DNA of 64,000 nt from Bacteroidota bacterium (GCA_046335555.1 JBKDHA010000023.1:1153-65152); one strand, 5' to 3'; positions 45,379 to 56,311 are shown, counted from the stretch's first letter. Notes: a model not told the origin generated them from the letters alone. Translations and numbers: made by a program.

Positions 45379-46347
45379 ATGAAAACAATTGCTGTATTTA
45401 CTTCGGGAGGCGATTCGCCGGGTATGAATGCCTGTGTGCGTGCGGTGGTTAGAACTGCATTGAGCAAAGAACTGAATGTGTTTGGCATCCGCTACGGCTA
45501 CGAGGGAATGATAGATGGTGATATTGTGAAGATGGATGCATCATCAGTAGCCAACATCATTCACCGCGGCGGCACGATCCTGAAAACCGCTCGCAGCAAG
45601 CGTTTCATGACCAACGAAGGTATGCTTGCTGCCAAGGCTCAATTAGAAAAGCACGGTATCGAGGGCATTGTAGCAATTGGCGGAGATGGGACTTTCAGAG
45701 GTGCAGTGGCTTTTTCTGAAGTGAGCAGCATTCCGTTTATCGGCTGCCCGGGCACCATAGACAACGATCTGGCAGGTACAGATTACACGATTGGTTTCGA
45801 CACTGCTATCAATACTGCGGTAGAAGCTGTTGACCGCATTCGAGATACAGCCGAATCTCACAACCGGGTTTTTATTGTTGAAGTAATGGGTCGCGATGCC
45901 GGACTGCTCGCGTTATACTGTGCAATAGGGGCAGGGGCAGAAGGCGTTTTGATTCCGGAAACACCTAACGATTTGCAGGTGGTGCTGAACAGGCTGGCCA
46001 ATTCGCGGAGCAACAAACAATCAAAAATTATTGTAGTTGCCGAAGGCGATGAAGCCGGTGGGGCATTTAAAGTTGGCGAGGCAGTAAAAGTGCAATTTCC
46101 TGAACTGGATGTGCGAATTACTGTGCTCGGACATATACAACGTGGCGGAGCACCAACCTGTATGGAACGCGTAAATGCAAGCCGCATGGGATATGCTGCT
46201 ATTGAAGCATTACTTGCCGGAAAATCCAATGAAATGATTGGTATTATCAACAATAAAATTGCTTACACTCCTTTCAAAGATGCTGTAAAGCATCTACTTG
46301 AACCTGATAAATCATTGTTGAGAATGATTAGTGTTTTGGCTAAATAA
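45379..46347 (+). CDS. pfkA: ATP-dependent 6-phosphofructokinase
   Basis: MKTIAVFTSGGDSPGMNA, IGGDGTF, GCPGTIDND and MGRDAGLLAL motifs. Confidence 0.9.
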   Translation: MKTIAVFTSGGDSPGMNACVRAVVRTALSKELNVFGIRYGYEGMIDGDIVKMDASSVANIIHRGGTILKTARSKRFMTNEGMLAAKAQLEKHGIEGIVAIGGDGTFRGAVAFSEVSSIPFIGCPGTIDNDLAGTDYTIGFDTAINTAVEAVDRIRDTAESHNRVFIVEVMGRDAGLLALYCAIGAGAEGVLIPETPNDLQVVLNRLANSRSNKQSKIIVVAEGDEAGGAFKVGEAVKVQFPELDVRITVLGHIQRGGAPTCMERVNASRMGYAAIEALLAGKSNEMIGIINNKIAYTPFKDAVKHLLEPDKSLLRMISVLAK

Positions 46348-46446
46348 TTTTGACTTTCTCATTTATTGATTTATGTTTGCGTCGATTTTCAGGATAGAAA
46401 AATAGTTTTTTCAGTTAATTATTAATCTTTTTTACTACTTATTCTT

Positions 46447-46995
46447 ATGAGAAAAAGCAGAGCAATTAAGCTCAATGATGATGTTGTGGTCAGTAAATTA
46501 TATCTGATCCGTGGTGTTAAAGTTATGCTGGACAGTGATCTGGCTGAACTTTATAAAGTAACAACAGGCAATCTTAATAAAGCTGTAGCAAGAAACATTA
46601 AACGGTTTCCTCCCGATTTTATGTTCAGGTTAAGCCGTGAAGAAATGACAGAACTCGAAAACAGCTCTTCTAATAAAAACTGGGGAGGTAAAAGACAATG
46701 CCCCTTTGTTTTTACAGAACAAGGCGTAGCAATGTTATCCGGTGTTCTGAGCAGCGACAGAGCCATTGAGGTTAACATTCAGATAATGAGAGTTTTCTCT
46801 AAAGTCCGTCAATTATTGATTGATACTACATTATTGGGATTTGAACTTGAAGAAATAAAACAAAAACTCAATGCGCATGATAAAAGTATTATGTCAATAA
46901 TTGAATATATTTATAGTTCACGAAGTAAATCTAAAACAACCATAAAGCGAAAACAAATAGGGTATAAAATACCATCTAAAAGTGCTAAAACTTGA
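46447..46995 (+). CDS. ORF6N (KilA-N-related) domain protein
   Basis: IRGVKVMLDSDLAELYKVTTGNLNKAVARNIKRFPPDFMFRLSREE resembles the ORF6N domain found in antirepressor-like proteins. Confidence 0.65.
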   Translation: MRKSRAIKLNDDVVVSKLYLIRGVKVMLDSDLAELYKVTTGNLNKAVARNIKRFPPDFMFRLSREEMTELENSSSNKNWGGKRQCPFVFTEQGVAMLSGVLSSDRAIEVNIQIMRVFSKVRQLLIDTTLLGFELEEIKQKLNAHDKSIMSIIEYIYSSRSKSKTTIKRKQIGYKIPSKSAKT

Positions 46996-47027
46996 TATTC
47001 CAATTTGGAATATCAAGTTTGTAATTG
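46987..47027 (+). terminator. Rho-independent terminator overlapping the ORF6N stop codon
   Basis: Perfect 13-bp inverted repeat CTTGATATTCCAA-T-TTGGAATATCAAG, preceded by AAAA and followed by TTTGTAATTGTTT. Confidence 0.65.
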
Positions 47028-47360
47028 TTTGATTATTAGGCTTTTATTGTAGTTGTTGTTGTTGTTAATGTTTTTGTGGAGAAGATAATGCGTGTTAAAA
47101 ATATTTATTTTTCTTTCAAAGAATAAGCAATGCTTTATTGATAATATGATAGTTATTTAGTGTCTTAAATAGTATGGATTTTTCGTGATTAAAATTGATT
47201 TTTAGTCTGTATGGGTAAAATAAGTAGAGGGTTTGGGAATAGTATTAGAAAACAGCTCCATCGTATAATAATCAAGGGTGTATTTATCATAGAATCAAAA
47301 TGATTACAAGTTCTTGAAGGCAGTTATTTTCTAACTTTGTCAGGCGCTAAAAGTGCGAAT

Positions 47361-48347
47361 ATGCAACTGAGTAAACTTACCGGACTTAATATTATACTTA
47401 CAGGTGGAGCCGGATTCATTGGTTCAAACCTTGCTGCACGGTTGGCATCATATGATGCCCGGGTAACTGTAATTGATAATTTACTTACCGGCACTTATGA
47501 TAATATCTCCGGTCTTGTCAAAAACGGTAAAATTAAATTTGTTGAGGCTGATATACGTGATGCAAAAGTTTGCGCAAAATTTATGCAAGGAGCAGATGTT
47601 GTTTTGCATCAGGCTGCACTTGGTTCGGTTCCGCGCAGTATAGCCGAGCCGCTGAATACACATTCCATAAATATCGAAGGGTTTGTAAATGTATTGGAGC
47701 AAACGCGTTTGGCCGGAATAACGCGGTTTATATATGCATCATCGTCGTCTGTTTATGGGAATGATCTATCATCACCCAAAACGGAATTAAATACAGGGGT
47801 ACCTCTTTCACCTTATGCGTTAACCAAATCAGTAAATGAGCAGTATGCACATTTGTATGCCAGGGTTTACGGAATGGAAATAATCGGATTGCGGTATTTT
47901 AATGTGTTTGGACCGAATCAGCAACCCGGCGGGCCATACGCAGCTGTAATCCCGCTGTTTATTACACAAATGCTTGCGGGTAAAACTCCCGTCATTTTTG
48001 GCGACGGAGCTACAACCCGCGATTTTACTTATGTTGATAATGTAGTACAAGCGAATCTGGCAGCATTATGTATTGATAAACTTCCTGAAAATGTGCTTCC
48101 GGTTTTTAATATTGCCTGTGGAGCCACAACGAGCTTACTTGAGTTATATCAACTTATAGCTGCTGCAACCGGTTTTGAGCAGCAACCCGTTTTTATGCCC
48201 GAACGCAAAGGGGATATTCGCCAAAGTTTTGCATCTGTCGATGCTGCAGCAAATTATTTAGGCTATCAGCCTGAGGTGGATTTACGCAACGGAATCGAAA
48301 AGACAGTTGCCTGGTTCAGAGCTAATCCGCAGTTAATCAAGCTGTAA
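47361..48347 (+). CDS. NAD-dependent sugar-nucleotide epimerase/dehydratase (extended SDR, UDP-GlcNAc/UDP-Glc 4-epimerase-like)
   Basis: ILTGGAGFIGSNL Rossmann motif and the YALTK catalytic YxxxK. 329 aa from an internal Met. Confidence 0.85.
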   Translation: MQLSKLTGLNIILTGGAGFIGSNLAARLASYDARVTVIDNLLTGTYDNISGLVKNGKIKFVEADIRDAKVCAKFMQGADVVLHQAALGSVPRSIAEPLNTHSINIEGFVNVLEQTRLAGITRFIYASSSSVYGNDLSSPKTELNTGVPLSPYALTKSVNEQYAHLYARVYGMEIIGLRYFNVFGPNQQPGGPYAAVIPLFITQMLAGKTPVIFGDGATTRDFTYVDNVVQANLAALCIDKLPENVLPVFNIACGATTSLLELYQLIAAATGFEQQPVFMPERKGDIRQSFASVDAAANYLGYQPEVDLRNGIEKTVAWFRANPQLIKL

Positions 48348-48442
48348 GTCCTTAACAATCATTATAAAACTTATAGTTAAAAGGCTGCTCTTCGGAAGCA
48401 GATTTTAATAACTTTGCTCAGCAAAATCTAGACTAAACAGCT

Positions 48443-50980
48443 ATGTATTCAAACCGGATCTTACCTCATCTTTCGGCACTTGTAATTTTTATCATTGTAT
48501 TAGTATTCTTTTTAAGTCCGGTTGTATTCGGCGGCAAACATATCAAGCAAAGTGATATTTATAGTCACATTGGTATGTCGAAAGAGATTGCTGATTTCCG
48601 AAAAGCACATCCCGGCGAAGAACCGCTTTGGACAAACGCAATGTTTGGTGGTATGCCTGCATATCAGATTTCCACACTCTATCCGGGCAATATCGTTAAC
48701 AGCATCCATGTCGGTTTAATACGTATGCTCTCTGTTCCTTTCTGGGCTTTGCTGCTTACTATGATCGGTTTTTATTTGCTTCTTAATACACTAAAGATAA
48801 ATCCGTGGATAAGTATTGGTGCGGCAGTTGCATTTGGGTTGGCCAGTTACACAGTTATAGTTTTGCAAGCCGGGCACAATTCGAAAGTGTATTCAATGGC
48901 CTACATGGCTCCGGTACTTACAGGTGTTTTTCTTACCATGCGTGGCAGGCTTTTGCTTGGTGGTGTGCTTACCGCTGTTGCACTTGCTTTTGAACTTGCT
49001 GCTGGTCACCTTCAGATTACTTATTATCTCGCCATTCTTACACTTTTACTGGGTATCGGCGAAGCGATCAGATTAGTAACTGAAAAGAAGGTTATTTATC
49101 TCGCAAAAGCAGGAGCAATACTTGCCGTGGCTGTTGTGCTGGCTGTGCTTCCAAACATCACCAGCATGTACCTTACCAATGAATATGGTAAAGAAACAAC
49201 ACGCGGAAGATCTGAACTTACTCTCGATTCAAAAACAGAAAGCAAAACCGAAGATGGTCTCGGAATTGGTTACGCCACTCAGTGGAGCTACGGAGTAGGC
49301 GAGACCTTTACCCTGCTGATTCCGAACTTCAACGGCGGGGCTTCTGACAGAATTGCAGAATACGATAAAGCAGCACTCAAAAAAGCACCTTCCGAAATGC
49401 GTGAGCAAATTGGACAGGGCTTTACAGCTTATTTCGGTGATCAGCCATTCACAAGTGGTCCGGTATATGCAGGTGCAATTTTTTGCTTCCTTTTTGTATT
49501 AGCACTGTTCATAGTTAAAGATCCGATTAAATGGTGGTTGCTTGCTGCTACTGTAATTTCAATCATGTTTTCGTGGGGCAGCAACGCCGAAGGACTCACC
49601 GAGTTTTTGTTTCACAACATTCCCGGCTACAATAAATTCAGAGCTGTTTCCATGATTCTTGTTATTGCCTGCTTAACTATTCCGCTCATGGGAATGCTGG
49701 CCATTAAAGAAATAATGGATAATCCCGATATTTTCAAAACGCAGAAACGTGCATTCTGGATTGCACTCGGTATAACAGGTGGTATTACATTTCTTGTTGC
49801 TATCATGCCTTCTTCGTTTGTAACTGCGGTTAGCGATCGTGAAGTGGCACAAGTTCAGCAATCCTATGTAAAAGAAGGAATGTCGGCCGGCAGTGCGCAG
49901 CCCCTGCTCGACGGATTGGAGGAAGTACGCCTTTCTATTGTTTCATCGGATGCTATGCGCTCAACACTTTTCATTCTGCTTGCAGCAGCACTGGTGTTTA
50001 CTTTTGCACGTTACCGTTACAGCGTTTATTTCTTTGCCGGCGGCATGCTCGTACTGTTTGCTTTTGACATGGCTCCGGTTTCTAAACGCTATCTGAGTGA
50101 TAAAGGCGGCCATTTCGAAAAGCGCTCTTCCAAAGAGCCAAACTATTCGCCATCACAGTCTGATGAACTGATTCTGCAGGATAAAGACCCCAGCTACCGT
50201 GTGCTTAATCTTTCGGTAAGCACATGGAATGATGCAACTACATCTTATTATCATAAATCAGTTGGCGGTTATCACGGAGCCAAACTCAAACGTTATCAGG
50301 AGTTGTATGATTGGGCAATGGAAGCTGATATTAATGAGTTCCGATCACAGGCATCAAAGGCACAGAGTGATTCGGCCATGCAAGCAATTTTGTCATCGGC
50401 AGCAACATTAAATATGATGAATACCCGCTATCTGATCTACTCACCGGAAGGCGGAGTGATACGTAACCAAAATGCCTGCGGAAATGCCTGGTTTGTTAGT
50501 AATATCAAGCAAGTTGCCAATGCCGACAGCGAGATGGTTGCAGTTCAGAATTTCAATCCGAAAACCACCGCTGTTGTTGATAAGCGTTTCGAAAAACAAC
50601 TAAGCGGTTTTACACCTTCAGTTGATTCGGCGGCAACAATTAAACTCACAGCTTATCAGGCTAACAAGCTCAACTACGAAAGCAATTCTGCTAAAGAGCA
50701 ATTGGCAGTGTTTTCGGAGATTTACTATCCTAATGGCTGGAATGCTTATATCGACGGCAAACCTGTTGAGCATTTCCGTGCCGATTATGTTCTTCGCGCA
50801 ATGCGTATTCCTGCCGGTAAGCATCAAATTGAATTCCGTTTCGAGCCGGAGTTCTATGCAAAAGGCGAATCGATTTCGAGAATTGGATCAATCGTATTGC
50901 TTCTTCTGTTGGCTGGCGTAATTGGCTGGGAAATCCGGAAGAAGCGGAAAAATAACGCTGAGACAGTTAAGGCGGCTTAG
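48443..50980 (+). CDS. YfhO-family polytopic membrane protein (GT-C-like glycosyltransferase candidate)
   Basis: 845 aa with more than 10 predicted TM helices in the N-terminal half, a large C-terminal extracytoplasmic domain and a final TM (SIVLLLLLAGVIGW). The architecture matches bacterial YfhO proteins. Confidence 0.7.
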   Translation: MYSNRILPHLSALVIFIIVLVFFLSPVVFGGKHIKQSDIYSHIGMSKEIADFRKAHPGEEPLWTNAMFGGMPAYQISTLYPGNIVNSIHVGLIRMLSVPFWALLLTMIGFYLLLNTLKINPWISIGAAVAFGLASYTVIVLQAGHNSKVYSMAYMAPVLTGVFLTMRGRLLLGGVLTAVALAFELAAGHLQITYYLAILTLLLGIGEAIRLVTEKKVIYLAKAGAILAVAVVLAVLPNITSMYLTNEYGKETTRGRSELTLDSKTESKTEDGLGIGYATQWSYGVGETFTLLIPNFNGGASDRIAEYDKAALKKAPSEMREQIGQGFTAYFGDQPFTSGPVYAGAIFCFLFVLALFIVKDPIKWWLLAATVISIMFSWGSNAEGLTEFLFHNIPGYNKFRAVSMILVIACLTIPLMGMLAIKEIMDNPDIFKTQKRAFWIALGITGGITFLVAIMPSSFVTAVSDREVAQVQQSYVKEGMSAGSAQPLLDGLEEVRLSIVSSDAMRSTLFILLAAALVFTFARYRYSVYFFAGGMLVLFAFDMAPVSKRYLSDKGGHFEKRSSKEPNYSPSQSDELILQDKDPSYRVLNLSVSTWNDATTSYYHKSVGGYHGAKLKRYQELYDWAMEADINEFRSQASKAQSDSAMQAILSSAATLNMMNTRYLIYSPEGGVIRNQNACGNAWFVSNIKQVANADSEMVAVQNFNPKTTAVVDKRFEKQLSGFTPSVDSAATIKLTAYQANKLNYESNSAKEQLAVFSEIYYPNGWNAYIDGKPVEHFRADYVLRAMRIPAGKHQIEFRFEPEFYAKGESISRIGSIVLLLLLAGVIGWEIRKKRKNNAETVKAA

Positions 50981-52119
50981 GCTCTGTTGCTTAATGCCTT
51001 GAGGTAAATTGCAGCAAAGCGTTTACCTATTTCTGTCGAATTGACTTTACTGGTTACCGATGCAGCGACAACATTCGGGTCAAACGAAGTTGAAATAATC
51101 TGCTCAATTTTTTGCGTCCAGTCTTGTATTGTATTTTCGGCAGAAAGGCAGACTCCCGGCTGAACGAACTCCGGTAAAGCACCGGTAGCAGATACAACTG
51201 CCGGTGTTCCTGTACTAAGAGCTTCAGCAACGACTACTGAAAAAGTTTCGACTTCTGAAGCATGCAAAAAATAATTGCTCTTATATAGTACCTCCGCGAT
51301 TGCTTCTGCCTTTAAATAGCCCAACCAGTTAATTGTAAAAGAATATTGCCGTTTTTTGAGTTGCTCAGCCTGAGGGCCATTGCCAATCATATTAAGAACA
51401 ATATTTTTTCCGCTGCGGGCAATTTGCTCTAAAGCTTCGATAAAAAGATCAGGACGTTTTGGAAGTTTCCAGCTTGCAACAGCTGTAAATACAATCGGTT
51501 CATCAGGAAGCCTAGCTCTATTTTGTTTTGTGCGATAGACTTCTGTATCAACCGTATTTGCAACAGTAATTATATTAGCATCAGGCGCATAACGGCGAAT
51601 ATTCTTTCCAAGAAACTCGGAAACAGCGGTAATAGCAAATGCTTTTTTGTAAGCCATTTTGGCAATACCTGATGATAAATTCTTTTTCATGAATTTATCA
51701 ATCTTCGACCAGTGCTCAGTAATGATATGCGGAATATTGAGTTTTGAGGCAATGCTGTAACCCAAAATTCCGGCCGGAGCAATTACATTAGAATGAATAA
51801 TTGTAGGCTTAAAACCTGCTGTTTTACGGAGAATTGAATTGCGATAAATTACTCGCATTAATGGTATGAGTGCATACACTAATTTGTAAAATCTGGACTC
51901 AATTGATAGCGTTAGTGTATCAATACCATGTTCATCTTTTCCCTCTGTCCATGAATAACGAAGTAAACCGGATCCATGTTCAACATCTACACTTACGACT
52001 AATATTGCAGGTGTATAATTCTTAATAGCAATTGCATGATTACGTACAAAAATTCCTTTACCCGGATTTTTAGAATTGGGATACCAACAGGTAAGGAATA
52101 AAACGCGGGCATCAGGCAT
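50977..52119 (-). CDS. Glycosyltransferase family 4 (GT-B, retaining)
   Basis: EX7E-type motif ASEVETFSVVVAEALSTGTP with GT4 N- and C-domains. Confidence 0.8.
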   Translation of the reverse strand: MPDARVLFLTCWYPNSKNPGKGIFVRNHAIAIKNYTPAILVVSVDVEHGSGLLRYSWTEGKDEHGIDTLTLSIESRFYKLVYALIPLMRVIYRNSILRKTAGFKPTIIHSNVIAPAGILGYSIASKLNIPHIITEHWSKIDKFMKKNLSSGIAKMAYKKAFAITAVSEFLGKNIRRYAPDANIITVANTVDTEVYRTKQNRARLPDEPIVFTAVASWKLPKRPDLFIEALEQIARSGKNIVLNMIGNGPQAEQLKKRQYSFTINWLGYLKAEAIAEVLYKSNYFLHASEVETFSVVVAEALSTGTPAVVSATGALPEFVQPGVCLSAENTIQDWTQKIEQIISTSFDPNVVAASVTSKVNSTEIGKRFAAIYLKALSNRA

Positions 52120-52849
52120 TTGCAGGAATCAGGTTTCGTATTTGATCTACAGACCAAATACCAAGAGATTTGTCTTTAAATGGAATTGTTTCTTCGGTAA
52201 GGTCTTCGGGTCTGAACTCAGCAATAAGTTCTAATGGTTTCGGGAAATTGAAAGGTGCTGCCTGTAAATTTATTTTGCGCCAGTGACCTGTAACAATATC
52301 ATTGTTTTTAGTAGTAGCTGTAAATGTTGTAGTGACGAGATATTTGATATTTGAATTGCAAATATTCCGCAATGCTTTATAAATATCATTTTCAGAAAAA
52401 TGCACCAAACAATCGCGACAAAATAAAATATCTGCATCAGGCAGTTGATCGTTGATCAGGTTGACGCGTTTGAAATTTCTTTTTTCTGATGAATAGGTTT
52501 CTGTATTCTTTGCGATAATATCTTCTACAATATCACAACCAGTGTAGTTGCAGTTGGCAAAGTTTACTTTCTTCATCCAATAGAAATCTCCGCAGGGCAG
52601 ATCGAGAAAGGAATGAGGGTTGTAGTTAGAAATAATATTTTCGACAAGTGCAATTAGTTGCTTTGTCTGAGATTCATCAGATCCGACACCGGAAACCGAC
52701 TCTTTGCCTTTCCAATAGTTTTCGCGAGCTATAGTTGAAAAAATCTCTTCGTGAGATTTGTTCTTCCACCTGATCCTGCGTTTAAACCTAACGTAGCGAT
52801 CCATCAGTGGAGTAGGAATAAGTTTGGAAATAAATGCTTTGAGGCCCAT
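52112..52849 (-). CDS. Class I SAM-dependent methyltransferase (putative sugar O-methyltransferase)
   Basis: FLDLPCGDFYW motif-I-like and an acidic motif II ILFCRDCLVHF. The start overlaps the GT4 stop by 8 nt. Confidence 0.55.
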   Translation of the reverse strand: MGLKAFISKLIPTPLMDRYVRFKRRIRWKNKSHEEIFSTIARENYWKGKESVSGVGSDESQTKQLIALVENIISNYNPHSFLDLPCGDFYWMKKVNFANCNYTGCDIVEDIIAKNTETYSSEKRNFKRVNLINDQLPDADILFCRDCLVHFSENDIYKALRNICNSNIKYLVTTTFTATTKNNDIVTGHWRKINLQAAPFNFPKPLELIAEFRPEDLTEETIPFKDKSLGIWSVDQIRNLIPANA

Positions 52850-52933
52850 TTAATAATTTTGTTGCAAAAATAGAAATTATATGCGTGTCACAGCCGCTAT
52901 CAATATCAGAGCCGCAGATCTGCTCAAAACATC

Positions 52934-53914
52934 ATGAATACTATGGGAATCAGTATATTTGAGATGTTTTTGGAACAATATCCAAATAATTATCGATCAA
53001 TGGCTTTTTATCATAAAATCCTCTATCATCCGGGTTGTAATAAACTGCTTCGGACAATTTCTAAACCTTTTGTAGCAATTATTCCCGCTAAGTATCATTT
53101 CCCGGTCACTGGAATTATCAGTTTGGGAAATGCAGAAATTCCATCCTTTAAGATGAAAACGAATCCAACGAACGGTGTTACAAGGATTCTGTTCTGGAAA
53201 GGTATTGAAGGATTTGAGTATAATGCTGCTCGGGTGTTTATTAAACTGGCAAAGAAGTCATCTTTGTTTTTTGATATTGGTTCTAATATTGGATATTATT
53301 CGTTGCTGGCATCTTCTCTTACTCAAAAAAAATTAAGAATATGTGCATTTGAACCAATGGCACCTATTTATGATTTTCTGAAACAGAATATTGCGCTGAA
53401 TAACTTTGAAAATATCACACCCTGCCAGATTGCATTATCAGACAGCGAAGGCGAAGCAGAGTTCTATTCGATTTCTAATCCAAAGTTTCCTGATATGGCT
53501 CAGCTAACAGGCGACGGAGGTTTAAGTTTACAGCATTCAGGAAGTCGGTCAAGGCAGAAATTTAATGTGAAAGTTACAACGCTCGACTTATTTGTAAACA
53601 CGCATTATCCCGGGCAAAAAATCGACTTGATTAAATTAGATACAGAAGCACATGAGCATTTTGTCCTCAAAGGTGCAGAAGAAGTTTTAAAAACACATCG
53701 GCCGATTATTCAATGCGAAATAATTAAAGACATGATTGAACGAGAAATTGAAGCAATCGTTTCGCCGCACAACTACTTGTTTTTTCTAACCACCAATGAA
53801 GGGTTGAAAGAAGTAAAAACACTTTCGCAGGATAAAATATCTATTGATTTCTACCTTGTCCCTGCTGAGAAAAAACATATTATTTCCGAATTCCTGATCT
53901 CTGATAACAAGTAA
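52934..53914 (+). CDS. FkbM-family methyltransferase
   Basis: FFDIGSNIGYYSLL and DLIKLDTEAHEHFVLKGAEE, typical of FkbM-type MTases. Confidence 0.75.
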   Translation: MNTMGISIFEMFLEQYPNNYRSMAFYHKILYHPGCNKLLRTISKPFVAIIPAKYHFPVTGIISLGNAEIPSFKMKTNPTNGVTRILFWKGIEGFEYNAARVFIKLAKKSSLFFDIGSNIGYYSLLASSLTQKKLRICAFEPMAPIYDFLKQNIALNNFENITPCQIALSDSEGEAEFYSISNPKFPDMAQLTGDGGLSLQHSGSRSRQKFNVKVTTLDLFVNTHYPGQKIDLIKLDTEAHEHFVLKGAEEVLKTHRPIIQCEIIKDMIEREIEAIVSPHNYLFFLTTNEGLKEVKTLSQDKISIDFYLVPAEKKHIISEFLISDNK

Positions 53915-53917
53915 TTT

Positions 53918-55375
53918 ATGCTCAGGAAGAATTTATTTAAGAGCACACTAATATTTACAATTGCAGGCGCATTTCCTCTGCTTTCAGGAATTCTGCTTCT
54001 TCCTTTTTACATTGAGTACTTAGATGAAAATTTGTTTGGCAAGTTTTCATTGTACTTTGCTATAACCTTATTTTTTCAAGGCATCATTTTATTTTCAACC
54101 GAACAAAAAACGGCTGTTGAGGCTGTTGAATATTCGGATAATCAAGACCTGAAAAAACTGAAGATAAGCACAAACAATATTTACGGTTTAAGGTTTGCCG
54201 TGTTTGTTTTTATTGGAGTAGGTTTAGTTCAATTGTTTTTTGGTCGTGCTATTGAAAGCGCATTGGAACTGCAGTTCTTTCCATTTATATGGATGTCTAT
54301 TCTTACTTCATTGTTTAATGCCGCATTTAAACAATACACGTATCTGCTGATGTATGAGCAGAAACCACAACAATATTTTTTAGCCAATTTGTTCAACTTT
54401 ATTGCTACAATGGCCATCTCCGTTTGGGGACTTTATTATTTTAAAAATGATTTAATGGGGCCTTTGCTTGGTCGATTTTTATCTGGTGTTTTGATTTTCC
54501 TGATAGCAATTTTTTACATGACAAAAAATATTGGTTGGAGATTTGATTCAACCGAGAAAAAAGCAATTTTTAAATATTCATGGCCACTTATTTTGTTTTT
54601 ACTTTTCACATGGCTGGCTTCTTATTCTGATCGGTTTATCATTCAGCATTTTTTGTCGCTTGATCAGGTTGGTATTTTTGATTTTGTGCTCAAATGTACA
54701 GTAGGTATTGAAGTTGTGCTGGGAACGCTGGCTACAGTAATCTATCCTAAAATATTTTCTTTATTTAAAAGAAGAGATGAATTAGGTGAAGATGTTTTTG
54801 TTTATCGGGTTGGACAATATTTCTATGGCTTAATGGCCATCACATTTGCAGCCATACTTTTTACAATGGTTTCGATACCTATTCTTGCCAACTGGTTTAT
54901 TCATAAGCAACTATTTATTGATGCGCTGCAATATTTGCCCTTGCTTTCGGCCGGCTTCCTGTATCGGATATTATTTTATAATTATCACGCTCCGCTAATG
55001 TATTTGAAACTTACACGTTTATTACCGCTTAATCTGGCAATGTCTGCCGGTATCCAAATCATTTTATCTGTTCCGCTTATTGGTTTTCTCGGAATTCAGG
55101 GAGCTGTTTGGGCTTTTATTCTTGGGAAAATGATAAGCAGCCTGGTATTCTGGCTAATGATGAAAAAGCACTATACTGTAAAAGTGAATGTAATGCAGCA
55201 GATAATTTATCCAACAATTGCTACAGTAACTTGCTGGGTATTCCTAAAGTTTAATCTTACTGATTATAAGTGGGTGTTAGTGCAATGCCTTGCTTTATTG
55301 GCCTTAACTGTTTTGTTTTTTATCAAGGAAATCAGGAATATCAGACTCTATAAAATTCTGGTCGGTAAGCGCTGA
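53918..55375 (+). CDS. Wzx-type oligosaccharide flippase (MOP superfamily polysaccharide biosynthesis protein)
   Basis: 485 aa with about 12-14 TM helices, following the methyltransferase gene within 4 nt. Confidence 0.7.
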   Translation: MLRKNLFKSTLIFTIAGAFPLLSGILLLPFYIEYLDENLFGKFSLYFAITLFFQGIILFSTEQKTAVEAVEYSDNQDLKKLKISTNNIYGLRFAVFVFIGVGLVQLFFGRAIESALELQFFPFIWMSILTSLFNAAFKQYTYLLMYEQKPQQYFLANLFNFIATMAISVWGLYYFKNDLMGPLLGRFLSGVLIFLIAIFYMTKNIGWRFDSTEKKAIFKYSWPLILFLLFTWLASYSDRFIIQHFLSLDQVGIFDFVLKCTVGIEVVLGTLATVIYPKIFSLFKRRDELGEDVFVYRVGQYFYGLMAITFAAILFTMVSIPILANWFIHKQLFIDALQYLPLLSAGFLYRILFYNYHAPLMYLKLTRLLPLNLAMSAGIQIILSVPLIGFLGIQGAVWAFILGKMISSLVFWLMMKKHYTVKVNVMQQIIYPTIATVTCWVFLKFNLTDYKWVLVQCLALLALTVLFFIKEIRNIRLYKILVGKR

Positions 55376-55378
55376 GTA

Positions 55379-56311
55379 CTAATCTGTTTTGACAAACTGA
55401 AGTTGTATTTTTTTTCTGTTATCAAAGAATTCAGCAAAATACGTACCCGCCGGCAGTGCTGAAACATCAAGTTCAAATTTTTGTCCGTTCGATTTGGAAT
55501 TACTCTTTTGATCAACAACTGCGCCTGAGAGGTTGTAAATTGTAATTGTGTATTCGCTGTTATCATCAAACAACGGACTGATAACATTAATGCTTGTTGC
55601 TGTAGGATTCGGATAAACTACCGGAGTTTGTGGCTGCAAAGTAATTACTGTGTCTTCAATTCCGGTTTCTCCTTTGTATGTCAAACAAAGCTTTGGCCAG
55701 CGTGTTGGGTCAGTAGTGTTATCGCTGCTGAGAAAAGCAAGTGCAGCGGCATTATTCGGATTTTCGGTTTGCAAGCCAAGCAGAAAACCATAAGATGTTG
55801 AAGGATTGAGTAGAATGTCCTCAACCAATGCAGTTACATCAATCTGAAAATCTTGTGTAGATGATGTCGTTGCAGGAATCAATACCTGATTAAGTGTTGT
55901 TGTGGCTGGTTGTGAATTCCAGGTAACACTGTTTTCAGTCCAGTTTCCGGTTACGCGGCGGATGTATGCTGCATTTGCTCCAAAATGGCCGGGCAAAAGG
56001 TTGTTAATGTATCCTGATGAATAAAGGTAAAGATCGGCGCTGAGCAAAACAGCGTTTGAAGGATAGGTACTGAGATCAAAATTCAGCAACGCACGATTAG
56101 TGTTTTGCCCCCCTGATGCACCGGGCATACAAAAGGCTTTAAGATAAATGTCGGTACCGTAATTGTTGACAGAGGTATTAAAATTATCATGATAGCCCAA
56201 AGATGCATCAACTGCCGTAGTTGGGTCAGGCTGAAAGCAAGTTGTTTGTTGTTGGGCTTGTCCTGTAGCAGCAATGCTCACTGCAAGGGTTATAACAAAT
56301 ATCTTTTTCAT
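55379..56311 (-). CDS. Secreted protein with T9SS type-A C-terminal sorting domain, embedded in the glycan locus
   Basis: Signal peptide MKKIFVITLAVSIAATGQAQ. The C terminus ...GTYFAEFFDNRKKIQLQFVKTD is T9SS-CTD-like. Confidence 0.6.
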   Translation of the reverse strand: MKKIFVITLAVSIAATGQAQQQTTCFQPDPTTAVDASLGYHDNFNTSVNNYGTDIYLKAFCMPGASGGQNTNRALLNFDLSTYPSNAVLLSADLYLYSSGYINNLLPGHFGANAAYIRRVTGNWTENSVTWNSQPATTTLNQVLIPATTSSTQDFQIDVTALVEDILLNPSTSYGFLLGLQTENPNNAAALAFLSSDNTTDPTRWPKLCLTYKGETGIEDTVITLQPQTPVVYPNPTATSINVISPLFDDNSEYTITIYNLSGAVVDQKSNSKSNGQKFELDVSALPAGTYFAEFFDNRKKIQLQFVKTD

